A DNA stretch of 64,000 nucleotides from Phyllosticta citribraziliensis (Eukaryota), in contig NW_027117341.1 in NCBI RefSeq assembly GCF_038025025.1, forward strand, positions 1,364,001 through 1,428,000, read 5' to 3'. Position 1 is the stretch's first letter. Each line of letters starts with the position of its first letter. Shown here in pieces: positions 22,827-34,643 of this stretch. The notes below the pieces were generated by a model that was not told the origin of the DNA, did no database searches, and worked only from the letters and a program-made list of their open reading frames with translations. A program made the position numbers and the translations under genes.

Positions 22827-25800
22827 ATGGCGAGGTTAGGGCGCCGCGCGTTCCTGGCAATCGCCGTGGTCTTTCACCTGGTCTACATTTACAGCATCTT
22901 CGACATTTACTTTGTCAGCCCCATAGTCAGTGGCATGCGCGAGTATCGCCTCGAGGACAGGGAGCCGCCCGCAAAGCGATTGGTCCTCTTCGTCGGTCTG
23001 TACTCGCCATTGCCTTTCTTCCGAGGCCTCGGAAAACCAGACTGAGAGCTAACGTTGTTTACGACAGGTGACGGACTTCGCGCCGACAAAGCTTTCCAAT
23101 CCTTCAAGGACCCTTCGCCCGCCGACCCTGAAAGCCCCGAAGCTCAGGAGCTCCGTCCGCTCACACCATTCTTGCGCTCCCGCGTGCTGTCGCATGGCAC
23201 TTTTGGAGTCTCGCACACCCGCGTCCCTACCGAATCGCGCCCAGGACACGTCGCGTTGATTGCTGGGCTGTACGAAGATGTGTCGGCGGTTACTACGGGC
23301 TGGAAGCTGAACCCGGTCAACTTTGACTCGGTCTTCAACAAGAGCAGGCACACGTGGAGCTGGGGCAGCCCAGACATCTTGCCCATGTTCAAGGAGGGCG
23401 CGGTCCCAGGCCGAGTCGACGCGGATACGTACGGCGCCGAAGCGGAAGACTTTACGCAGGATGCGACGCAGCTGGACACTTGGGTCTTTGAGCGCGTCAA
23501 GGGCCTGTTTCGCGAGGCAAAGACGAATGCGACTCTGGCCGCGGAGCTGCACAAGGAACAAAACGTCTTCTTCCTCCACCTGCTGGGATTGGACACGACT
23601 GGACATGCCTACAGGCCGTACTCGAACGAATACTTGCACAACATCAAGGTTGTGGACCAGGGTGTGCAGGAAATAACCCAATTGATTGAAGACTTCTATG
23701 GTGACGGGAAGACGGCTTTTGTTTTTACGGCAGACCACGGCATGAGTGACTGGGGCAGTCACGGAGACGGACACCCGGATAACACACGGACTCCGTTGAT
23801 TGCCTGGGGATCTGGTGTCGCGACGCCGATTACCACTGCGGCAGGACAAGTTGCGCCAGGCCACGAGGACGGATTCTCGTCGGACTGGGGTTTGTCCCAC
23901 GTCCAGCGGCACGACGTAGCGCAGGCAGACGTCGCGGCATTAATGGCATATCTCGCGGGACTGCCATTTCCAGTCAATTCGGTGGGCGAGCTTCCGCTTC
24001 CCTACATCAACGCCGACGCTGGCACCAAGGCCGAAGCGCTGCTCGTCAATGCCAAGGAGATACTCGAAATGTATCGGGTCAAGGAGGAACAGAAGAAGGA
24101 CAAGGAGCTTCGGTACAAGCCTTTTGCGCCATTCGCAGAGCGGGCCATCGACCAGCGAGTTGCCGACATCCAGGCAACCATTGAGAGCGGCAAGGCCCAT
24201 GAGGCAATCGAGGAGTGCGAAGCGCTCATCAAGTTGGGTTTAGCCGGACTTCGTTACTTGCAGACATACGACTGGTTGTTCCTACGAGCTCTCGTCACAA
24301 TGGGCTACTTGGGATGGATTGCCTTCGCAACAACCTCAGTCGTCGACACACACGTCTTGCATGGCACAGCCAAGACGTCCCGAAGCCTGACATCGACAAC
24401 CGTCTTTTCAAGCGTGGCTGTCGCCCTTTTTTCCATTCTGGTGATCCAGCGCGCGCCCTGGACTTACTATGCTTACGCATTATTTCCTGTCATGTTCTGG
24501 GAGGAGGTATACGCGCGGCGCGAGGCATTGAAAAGGGGAAAGGAGGTCTTGTTCGCGGGAGTCAAGACGCCTGGAGACAAACTGCGCTTGTTGGGGAATA
24601 CCCTGGCGACGGTCGGCATGTTGGAGGCCATTGTAAGATTTAGAGACTCCGCTTCTAGACATTCACGGCTAATGGAACGGGGCAGGTGCAAAGTTACGCC
24701 CATCGCGAAGTCTACTCCATCTGCTACCTTGTTGCTACACTGTGGCCTGTGTGTTACGGTCTCAACTTTGTCAAGAAGCACTTTCTCCTGGTCCTGACAT
24801 GGTGGGTATCATGCGGCCTGATGAGCACCTTTACCTTTTTGGATGCCATCAAGGTCGAGGATATTAATCTCATCCTCCTGGGTGGGTTTCTCATGTTTGC
24901 TGTCGGTGCGCTCTATATTCTCTTCGAGAAGAGCATCATTGCGTCGTCGAGCGCAGCAAAGAAGGGCCTGGCGGCTCCAAAAGCTGACGGCATCTCACGG
25001 AGCATTCTGGGTGTGCAAGTAGGTCTGATTGCGCTTGCAATGGCCGTCACGAAGTCTAGTGTTGCTTCTCTGCAAGCAAGAGAGGGTCTGCCACTGGGGA
25101 CGCAGATTGTGGGATGGACTGTTCTAGGTACGACTCACCCTCCTTTTGACATTTCATCCAAAGCTGACTCGCATCAGTTGCCTCCGTCACAGTGCCTTTC
25201 CTGCATAGCCTTCAGCCAAACAACCACTACATCCACCGCCTAGTCGTCATCTTCTTAGCCTTTGCTCCGATGTTCATCATCCTGACCATTTCCTACGAGG
25301 GCATGTTCTATCTCGCTTTCTGCTCCACGCTGGCTACCTGGGTGCGCCTAGAACACCACGTCCATCGGCATATTACTTCGAAACGCACAGAAAACGCTGT
25401 ATCCACATCTCCATCTACGTCAACCACGGCACCAAACTTCTCTACACCCAAACGACAACCGCAGCACCCAGGCACCAGCCACACCAAACGCGCTCTCACT
25501 CTCCACGATCTCCGCACCTCACTTTTCACCCTCTTCCTCCTCCAATCCGCCTTCTTCAGCACCGGTAACATCGCCAGCATCAGCTCCTTCTCCCTCGACG
25601 CGGTATACCGGCTCATCCCCGTCTTCGACCCCTTTAGCCAAGGGGCGCTGCTCCTGTGCAAGATCCTGACGCCGTTCGCGCTGCTCTCGTTCAACCTGGC
25701 CATCCTGAACCAGATGCTGGGGCTGGACCAGGGCGCCGTGTTTGGCGGCGTCACGGCGGCCGCCGAGTGGCTGACGGTGCGCTTCTTCTGGACCGTCCGC

Positions 25801-26070
25801 GACGAGGGCTCCTGGCTCGAGATTGGCAGTAGCATTAGCCAGTTTTGCATCGCCAGTGGCTTGAGCGTCTTTGTGGCTGGCCTCGAAGGTATTGGAGGTG
25901 TCATGGTGGGCGGTGTTGAGTTTGACGACGACGATGACGACGCTGGCGATGCGTCGCAACAGGGTGAGGAGTTGCTGAACGGTGGCAAGAATGGCGCGCC
26001 GGTGCAGAGTAATGGTGGTGCTAGGCCGTCGAAACCGTTGCTGTCGACACGAGACGATGGATCACGGTAG
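22827..26070 (+). CDS. MCD4: GPI ethanolamine phosphate transferase 1 (PIG-N), 4 exons
   Basis: LFVG|DGLRADK, VSHTRVPTESRPGHVALIAG, LHLLGLDTTGH and TADHGMSDWGSHGDG, with a multi-TM C-terminus; introns 22996-23067, 24633-24685 and 25128-25177. Confidence 0.96.
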
Positions 26071-26667
26071 CCCGGAAGTTCTGTTATCTCTTCTTTTGTT
26101 GTACTCTTCCTTTGCTTGTTACCAAACTACCGTACCCATCCTGTCTCATGCACGTACGAGCGAGCGGGTCTTTGTCAGAATAGAAATGGCGAGACGGCAT
26201 CATTGTGCATAATAAATTTGATTCCAAGCCGTTGACAGGTGTTACTGGATGAGCTCCTAGAGATGGAAGTTTGGGAATGCGAAAACTCTTTTGTTCCGAG
26301 GCTGTAGTTCCATAAAATTTGTTCCCAAGACACAGTCGTCCAGCTGCGCGGCTTGAGTGGAGGACGTCCGTTGTGTTGTTCGGTTTCCCGACAGTGCCCG
26401 ATGACGCAGTGGGCTGCCCTGCATCCGAGACGAGCCAGTCATTCGGAGCGATGTCGCTCAAGCTCTTCCTTCCCTCCAACACATCTGACAGCAGTCTCTC
26501 ACCACCTACTCACTCCTCTATCCTTACTCACACTCCTCCTATTCGCCTGCTAGAGTGACCAACACGCCTCCTCCAGCCAAAACATCAACCTTTCACCTTC
26601 GACGTCTGCGACAAGCTCCTCTCGACACCCCACCAAGCGACCAGCACCAACACACAACACCTGCATC

Positions 26668-27476
26668 ATGGCCAAGGGCGGCAAAGGCGGCGGCGCTGGG
26701 GCCGACGCTGGTGGCAGCAAGAAGGCCCAAGGACAAGCGCGCAAGGCGGCGGCCGCAGACGCGAAGAAGGCGGTCGTAGACCAGCAGCGCGCGGCCGTCG
26801 AAGACACCGAGTGGTCCAAGGGCGCAAAGAGCAACTCCAAGGCGTAAGCTCCCGACCCCAGCCCAGACACTGAACCAATCTCCCCACCTCTCCACACAAC
26901 AACCAGAGCCGCAAGAAAGAACGGCAGCAGCTGACAGCAGTACGACTACACAGGGAAGCCGCCGCAGCCAAGAAGGCCGAAGCAGACCGCAAGCGCGCAG
27001 AGAAAGCGGCGCTGGAAGCCGAAGAAGCAGCCGCGCTGCCCAAGGGCCCATCGAAGGGCAAAGCAGCAGCAAAGAAGGGCGCAGCGCCCTCTCGCGGCCT
27101 CGACGCCGCACTCTCCTCGCTCGACGGGCCCGCCAACAAAAAGGCCGCGACGCTCAACGCGTCCGGCATCGAAAACGCGCTCGACGCGCTCTCCGTGTCC
27201 AACGCCAACCCGGCCGAGAAGATCGACCGCCACCCGGAGCGCCGCTTCAAGGCGGCCTACGCCGCGTACGAGGAGCGCCGCCTCGACGAGATGAAGGACG
27301 AGAAGGGCCTCCGCCGCAACCAGAAGATCGACCAGATTCGCAAGGAGTTTGAGAAGCACCCCGATAATCCGTTTAACCAGGTCAGCGCCAGCTATAATGC
27401 GTCGAGGGATGAGGTCGCCGAGATTAAGCAGCAGGAGAGGACGAAGGTCGAGAAGCGTTTGGCCGGTACGGATTGA
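26668..27476 (+). CDS. CCDC124/Oxs1/Lso2-like (DUF1014) ribosome-associated protein, 2 exons
   Basis: SKKAQGQARKA...EDTEWSKGAKSN and IDRHPERRFKAAYAAYEERRL...GLRRNQ...FEKHPDNPFNQ; intron 26844-26953. Confidence 0.9.
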
Positions 27477-28183
27477 GCGGTTTACTGCAAATTTTGGGGG
27501 TATTGGTCAAGCTGCTTTGGGTTTTGGAGCTTTCTTCCCAAGGGTTACGAGGCGGCGAGGCGGCGTAGAGAGGTGATTTCGCTACTCCCTCGTCCGAAAT
27601 GGCCTACCTCGAGACCTGTGAGCGTCACGATGTAATGGCAGCGCAGAGGGGATAACATGAGAGTTCCTTTTTGCTGGAAGCAATTCAAAGCAAAGGACCG
27701 TGGGCTAGTACTGGATACTGCACATTTCTAGAGGAAGCATAGACGAAGGCTCAAATTCAACTCCTGGTTCGAAAGCACTGGTTTGATATTGGCTATGGAG
27801 GTTGTAAAGCAAAGAAGCAAAGATGTTCCGGTGAAAGGATGCCAGCCATGTAGAGCCCCATGTAGAGCCTCCACCGTGCCTTAGGCTTGATTTCGAAGAC
27901 TCCTTGACGCTGAAGAAGTAACCTTTGGAGACAAACAACTTCGACCACGACCTTTGAGAAGCTGGAAGAATGGGGAACGCCAGGACCGCACGCAATCAGC
28001 CAGCGCATAATAATGTGTGAGGAAATTGATGACCAGGAGATTTTTGGAAAGAAAGCAACACAGCTGTGATTCGGATTCCTCCTTGCCAGATGGAGCTCCT
28101 TTGCAAACAAGCAAAGCCCGTCATATCTGTCTCGAAGAGCATGCTATTGTCCACGCATCTTGAAAGCCGTCCGTCTTGTAGCT

Positions 28184-29442
28184 TCAACGCAGAGACTTGT
28201 CATAGGCTGCGAAGAGGCTCATTCTCTTGTTCGCTCGATAGTCAAAATCCCTGTCGTATTCAATTTGAGCCACAGCCAAAATTTTGCGAAACCTTTCGGC
28301 GTCATTGGTCTTGCGGGCTTTTGCAGCCTGTCCCAGAAGGCTAGGGCTCCATCCCGACATCGCGCTTTTGAAATCATGGTAGAGCTCGAAGATTTTCGGT
28401 TCTGTGACGGGAATGTTGCTTCGTAGCAAGTCCTTCATCTCCTCCATGACAACCTTGGTGCGAGCACATTGAATACATTCCTCGCAAGCGTCTTGAAACT
28501 GCCACTTATATCCGAAGAATCGACTCCCATGTGACCAACTCTGCTTCAGGAATTGAATGTCAGGATTCTGTATATTGCGAAGAGTACGGAATGGTTCCAG
28601 AAGCGATGCCATGGCAATATGGTTTTTTGAGTGGGCCGCATCGCAGAATGCGAGATCGAGTCTCGAAAGTCTGGGAGATTTTCGCAGCCATCTGACACAC
28701 CAGTAAAGATGCTCTCGCACGGAATCGATGCCGCAGGCAGACGTCCAGATGACTCTGATGACGATGTTTCTCAGCCTGGAAAGTAACCTCGCTGCAGAGG
28801 GACTGTAAACATCATGGGTCTCGCAGAAAATCGGAAGACCTCGGACTGTAACTGTCCATCTTGCCACTTCCAATACTAATGATGTATGACCTGCAACATA
28901 TGTGGCTGAAGAGTTGTAGAGGACTCTCGAAGCCTCACTGGACAGTTTCGTGCAGGTGCAAAGCAGCGCGGAATAGCCGCGGACTGGCAACCTTGGATTC
29001 ATGGAAGGAAGCTCCAGTGCACAAGGCGCATTCGAATTAAGTCCACAGGGATGACCGCTCGCGTTGTCAGTCTGGACGGGCTCAGGTAGCAAGTACTCGA
29101 AAATCAACAGTCGTACTTCGGTCGGCAGGCCAAGAAGATCGAAAAACGATTCGCGCTGAGGTGTCTTTTGACGGACGAATTTGTGGATTTCTGGCTCTGA
29201 GGACACTGCGATCGGAAAAGACAAGGTTCTAATCCGATCGAATTGGATCCTCCTGGGTTTCAACATCTGCGGCCAATCCGGGATATCCGTGATAGCATCG
29301 TCATCAGGCGGCGCCTCAGAGCTGAAAGACTTGATTCGCTTGAGGTCGCGCCTGTGACCCGTGAGTTGGAAGCCAGAAGCAATCAAGGACAGCTTACGTA
29401 CCGAGCAAGCTGCTTGCCGCCCTGGTTCTGGTCGCCAGCCAT
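28184..29442 (-). CDS. F-box-like hypothetical protein (paralogue A)
   Basis: ATG at 29442 (MAGDQNQGGKQLAR) joined by intron 29352-29401 to the long ORF; F-box-like motif FFDLLGLPTEVRLLIFEYLLP; colinear similarity to the 39765 gene. Confidence 0.75.
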
Positions 29443-30005
29443 GGTAGGCGAGCCGACGTTGTGCGTCGCTTTGAAAGTCGATGGATGTTGCGTGGTGTTG
29501 GTGAGATGCGGGGTGCGAGGTGCAAGAAAGGTGTGGTGGGCTTGGGGAGAGAGAGAGGGAAGGAGCGCGAGGCAGCAGCACCACCAGCTCTGGGCGCCTA
29601 CCTCACCCACCGACAGGGTCCACGTGATGGTGCAGCGTTGCCGGTGGGAGCGACTGACAGGCGAGGATGTCGTGGGAGAGGATTGCTAAGGGTGGACGGG
29701 AGCGTGGAAGCGGAATAGAAGCTGTTTTGAGGTCGGCGGGTGAGGCCTCACTTTTGACCGCTCGCAGGATAGAGGCACGAGTCTGGTGAGGAAGCAGCAG
29801 CGGGTGCGACGGGCAATTGGACTGACAGTGGGATTGAGAAGTAGAGATTGTCTTTCGAGAGGTCAGGGAGGAGTAGTACTCGCCTCTACAGCCATAGTTT
29901 GAGCAAGCAGCTGTTTGTTCGGGTCCCGAGAACGCTTCTCTAAGCGCCAAACATTTCGACCACCTTTGGCTACGTGACAGTCGTCTCTTATCTGCATGTT
30001 CGTCT

Positions 30006-31733
30006 TTACAAACCCTCATCCTCCAACAGCCTGACCACAACGTCCTTTACCCGTTCTGCTCCGCCTTCGACGCCGCCTCTTATTGCGCTCACAGGCACCA
30101 GTTCAACCCTCTTTCTCCATGCATTTTTCCTCCCACCTGGATGCTCGACATTTCCAGCCTCAATGTCCTTTACATACGCTCTCAGCTCGGCAAACCGCTC
30201 CTGCGTGCCCTCCTGGTCTGCCTTGGTCGCCACCACAAACCAGGGCTTCGCCGAAATCGGGGGCAGAGGGAGAGGCTCCATTTCCAGATCTTGCAGCTGG
30301 GCTGCGGTAGGAGGCTCAAGAAAGTCGTCATCATCGAAGGGGTTACGTCCGAAGGTAGGCGGGTTGGACCGCTGCGTTTCGGCGTTGATTTCGTGGCTGC
30401 GCACAGTCTCGTACTCGCCCACCTCTCTCCACAGACTCTTGAGCGTCGTGACCGGGTCGGTTTCTCCGGACAGGTCGACGACAAAGGCGAGCATGGCTGC
30501 GCGCTCGACGTGGCGGAGGAAGCTCATGCCCAGACCCTTGTCCAGATGGGCATCTTCGATCAGGCCTGGAATATCCGCAATCGTGAAATTCTCGCGCACT
30601 TCGCCTTTGCCGCCGTCGCTGGCGCGGCGCGTGGGCACCAAGCGAGGACGGCCGCGATGGTTGTCGAGAACGACGGTTCCAATGTTTGGCCTCAGCGTTG
30701 TGAAAGCCCAGTTGCCGATGCGCGTTCGGCTGTTGCTTAGCGCACGCAGAAGCGTGCTTTTGCCTGCGTTTGGCAAGCCTACTAGACCTACATCGGCGAG
30801 GAGTTTGAGCTCCAGATGAAGCGCAACAGAGATGGCGTCTTGACCGCGGGTGGCGAGCACCGGCCGTGGCAGCTCCCTGCTGACGAAATGCGTGTTTCCA
30901 AGCCCACCTACTGAGCCCGGGATAAGGAGCATCGGGCGCTCCATCGGCTCGTCGAGGTCAAGACGAATTGGTCCTTTTGGGGCAGAATGTGCGAGGGGAG
31001 ACCGCTGGGGCTCTGGGAGTTTTGGCATGTTGAAGCGCTGGAATACTGAAGCCTCAGTCCCTGGAAACACCAGCCATTTCTCAGGCCGAACAGGTGGTAT
31101 AGGATCTTCCCCAGCCGCCTTTTGTGCCCGATATTGTACTCTTTCCTCGCGCCGCCGTTCGAGCTCTTCCTTCAATGGATCGCGACGCCATATTTCCCGA
31201 ACAACTGTGCCAACAGGAACAGTAACGAGGAGATCCGCGCCACGCTCGCCACCACGCATCTTTCCTTGTCCGTTTCTTCCTCTTCCGGCCTTGGCCTCTC
31301 GCCGTCGCGACAGTTTATAAAGTGATGTCTCGTTGCGCACAGCTTGAATGTAGACGCTTCCTCCGGTGCCGCCATCACCGCCGTTGGGTGGTCCGTCGGG
31401 TATAAACTTCTCTCGCAAAAAAGAAACGCAGCCATGTCCGCCAGGTCCAGCATGGAGCATCACCGAGCACCTGTCGGCGAAGGGTGTGCTGGAGTAGGAC
31501 TCGGGGGACGGATCCAGCGAATGTTCGTCTTCATAGCCGGGCGGAAGGTCGCTGTGAGGGAGCGGAGAGATTGTGGTAAGGTCCTCGCGCGACGCGGTGC
31601 TGTAGCATCTTGAGCGTCGAGTCGAGACTATTCGCGAAAATGGTCGGGAGGAGTAGAGGAGCGATTCCGGTATTGAAGGATAGAGAAACGGCGTCAATGT
31701 CGTCACGACATGCTGAACCTGAGTCGGCTTCAT
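30006..31733 (-). CDS. MTG2: Mitochondrial Obg/CgtA-family GTPase, intronless
   Basis: Obg glycine-rich domain (GGHGCVSFLREK...GPPNGGDGGTGG), G1 GLVGLPNAGKST, FTTL, DIPG and TKAD motifs, and a presequence-like N-terminus; first ATG at 31733. Confidence 0.93.
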   Translation of the reverse strand: MKPTQVQHVVTTLTPFLYPSIPESLLYSSRPFSRIVSTRRSRCYSTASREDLTTISPLPHSDLPPGYEDEHSLDPSPESYSSTPFADRCSVMLHAGPGGHGCVSFLREKFIPDGPPNGGDGGTGGSVYIQAVRNETSLYKLSRRREAKAGRGRNGQGKMRGGERGADLLVTVPVGTVVREIWRRDPLKEELERRREERVQYRAQKAAGEDPIPPVRPEKWLVFPGTEASVFQRFNMPKLPEPQRSPLAHSAPKGPIRLDLDEPMERPMLLIPGSVGGLGNTHFVSRELPRPVLATRGQDAISVALHLELKLLADVGLVGLPNAGKSTLLRALSNSRTRIGNWAFTTLRPNIGTVVLDNHRGRPRLVPTRRASDGGKGEVRENFTIADIPGLIEDAHLDKGLGMSFLRHVERAAMLAFVVDLSGETDPVTTLKSLWREVGEYETVRSHEINAETQRSNPPTFGRNPFDDDDFLEPPTAAQLQDLEMEPLPLPPISAKPWFVVATKADQEGTQERFAELRAYVKDIEAGNVEHPGGRKNAWRKRVELVPVSAIRGGVEGGAERVKDVVVRLLEDEGL

Positions 31734-34643
31734 CAGACCACAGCGCAAAATGAAACGAATAACAGACTGGCTTTGGAAGAGTGGTTGTGATTGCGCGCCG
31801 CGGGTGGCGTCAAACTCGATCCGCTCTTGAGCGCTGCTTGAATTTATCCGACAATTCCCCGGCGTTGACGATGATCACGGCAGCCGATGTTATTGGAGAA
31901 GAATGAATGACTCCTGGCACCGCGGCTATCCTGAGAACAGACACGCGATACTTCCACTGCTTTGGAGGAAGCTAGAAGTTGTTTTGCGCTGCCAAACGCC
32001 TATTGCCGCCGTTCACCACCAGAATGAACATTCGGAATGTCTTTTGCTTCGACACCAGCTTTGCGATCGCCACGAGGCTTTGGTCCTCGATGACGCGCAC
32101 GATGTCGGTTTCGGAGCACGTCGAGCTCAAAATGAAGAGAGAGATTACGAGCCTCTAGAGAAGGTGTCGTCCATGATTGCTGTCGTAGGCGGTGTGGGTC
32201 AGTCATCCCTGTCGCGTGGCTGAAGGGAACCGTGCTAGGACTAGCGCGCGAAGCTTGAGTGAACCTCACCTCAAACTCTGCAACACCAACAACGACATCT
32301 CCAGCACCGCCCGACTCGAATACCGCAATGTCGGCCCAGCTACTACGATCTGCCGCCGTTCGTAGTCCTTCGCTCGGTCAGCCTTGACTTCGGAGGAGTT
32401 TGAACGCCGACCTGCTTCGAAAGGCTCATTCGAGATACCTCTGCCTCTGCGTACACCGACCGCAACTTGGGAATGCCCGACGGAACATTCGATGGCAAGA
32501 GAGGGCCAGAAGCGACCACGCAAGCGATACAGCGTCTACAGAGAGATGTCGCGATTCCTGACACTGGATCAACGCGTGGAGCGGCCGTCAAACACGCCCG
32601 GGAGTCGTCTTGATCACCACGGCTACAAATAGGGAGTATTCACGCGCCATTTCTTTCTGCTGTGCCCTCCCTACTGCAAGAGTTGGAATCCATGGGCCCG
32701 TCTTGCTTGCCAGACCGTTGTTTGCATGAGCAAGTTTAGTATCTTTCCTAGGCGTGACGCCTTTTCTTTTGTCTTCCTTTCCTTCCGTTCCGCTCTATCT
32801 CTTTGTCTGCGTGCCTATGGGCAACTTCTGGTCGGCCCACTGGCATCTTCTGGTACGCGCGATTGATGCAGGCCATCGGTCGTCGCTTCGCGGTGTTTCC
32901 CTTCGCTATTGAAGCACCACTCCCCAGCTCTTCTTCGTCTCGATTTCCATTTTCAGTCGCTTCTGCCTTCTTGGCTTCCGGCATCCGTCATGGATGATCG
33001 CTTGGCCTGCTGGCGCTGGGCCTGTTTTGCGGCGGGCCCGATGGCGCTGCGTGGAAGCAGTCATGTCAGCAGCGGAATGCCGATGAGACATGATGGACGA
33101 GGAAAACAGCAGGAGAGCCATGCGCAGTGCAAGTCTCTCATGGTGTGAGTACTGTGATCTGGGCTGAATCACGATACCGTCCGTCGTGGTGTGGTCCGTC
33201 GCTGGAAGCGCTGCATTGACTGCGTGGTGGGCGACAGGCTTAACACCATGAAGGAGCGTGGTGGCTGGCCTCGGGCGTGGGCGATGTTTGTTGCGCAGAA
33301 AATGCAACACCATGGCTGCGTTGCGTTGGCACGGCGTGTTGGCAAGAGGGCGACATTGCCGCGCAAGAGCTTGGATGGCGGGCCGGAGGCTCGCCGGGCA
33401 GAAACACCACGGCCGGCGTCGTGATGTGCACTGCTCGGCCACGACGAGGTCCAAATCGGTATGCTGTTGGCGAAAGAGGTGTCGGCAGTCACCTCGAGCA
33501 GGTGGCCGCCGTCTGGAGCAGCCATGGCGCCAGCAGCGTCAAGCCGCGATGGTCCACCAGCTGCTCCAACCTCTGCCAGCCTTTTGCATGGAAGAAGGCA
33601 CCTCCGGGCGCTCGGTATATGAGACGCAAAAACGAGATTGATCCCAACGCCGCCTGCCGTGGCCTGGTGGCAACTTTACAGCGTTCCAGATTAATATACC
33701 CGAAACGGTTATTAATGGGCCCACTGGAACGTGAACAAGTTCGATCCTCGCCACGGACGCACAGGCAGCTATCCAGCATTCGCTTCGGCGGCATAGCCTA
33801 TGGAAAAACTCCAGGAAGGTTCCATTCTACAGGTTCGCTCCAAGAATACGTTCTAGACAACCGAATGGCTCCGAGCAACCTTCACGGTTCTCCTACCCTG
33901 TCTCCCCAGCATAATTGCACAACGATAGCCTTTGGGGTTGAGATACGTCTCTGTCAATCACGGGGGTTTTCTTTTGACCTTTTTTCCGCCCCAGCCTATC
34001 GCCCTGTCTTTTTTTTGCCGCTCGTCCCTACAGCGTGCTCTATCTACTCTTTTGTCTTAGGCTTCTAGTTGTGCTCGCCGCCTCTGTAGTCAACAGGCGT
34101 GGAGCGCAACTTGACTGTGTCCTGTAACTCAAATCCCACCATGCCTTTGACGAGGTTCGAAACGCTGGCCTAAGCAGCTTGAGGACATGGAGGATTGAAT
34201 GCGGCTCAAGACATGCAGGCTCAACATCATGACGGGCCATCTATCTTTCCTGGTGAAGGTGGCGAGGCTTGCAATCAAGCGTCCCGCTGTGGTGGGTGGA
34301 CTTTGGGCTCACGCGTCACCCTTTATTTGGCGAGCTTTGGCGAGCTTTAGCGATCTTGGAAAGAAGTAGACAAAAGAAGCATGCGTCCTCTTTGAGCGTT
34401 CAAATCGTACCGTAAGAGCAAGGTCAAAATCGAGACAACACAGGCAAAGTCACTTGAAGCTGCGCATCTCGCCGTCATCCTCCAGTGCGCATCCAGTAAG
34501 CGACGGCCTCAATCAACACTGCCTATGCGCAGAAAAGTGGACATCGAGATTTGATTTCTATCGAGAGTACTGCGACCGGGCATGCGCGTTCCAAACTGGG
34601 CTGGCTGATGGAAGACTCGTCGCCAGTTGGTGTGTTGTGCGCA

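Noticed and set aside
27700..28180. Possible pseudogene fragments and a short CCATGTAGAGCC tandem duplication
   Set aside because: No recognisable protein motif; a 12-bp duplication is unremarkable
32328..32632. Small mitochondrial-like gene starting MSAQLLRSAAVR
   Set aside because: Early stop codon and no convincing splice model or recognisable homology
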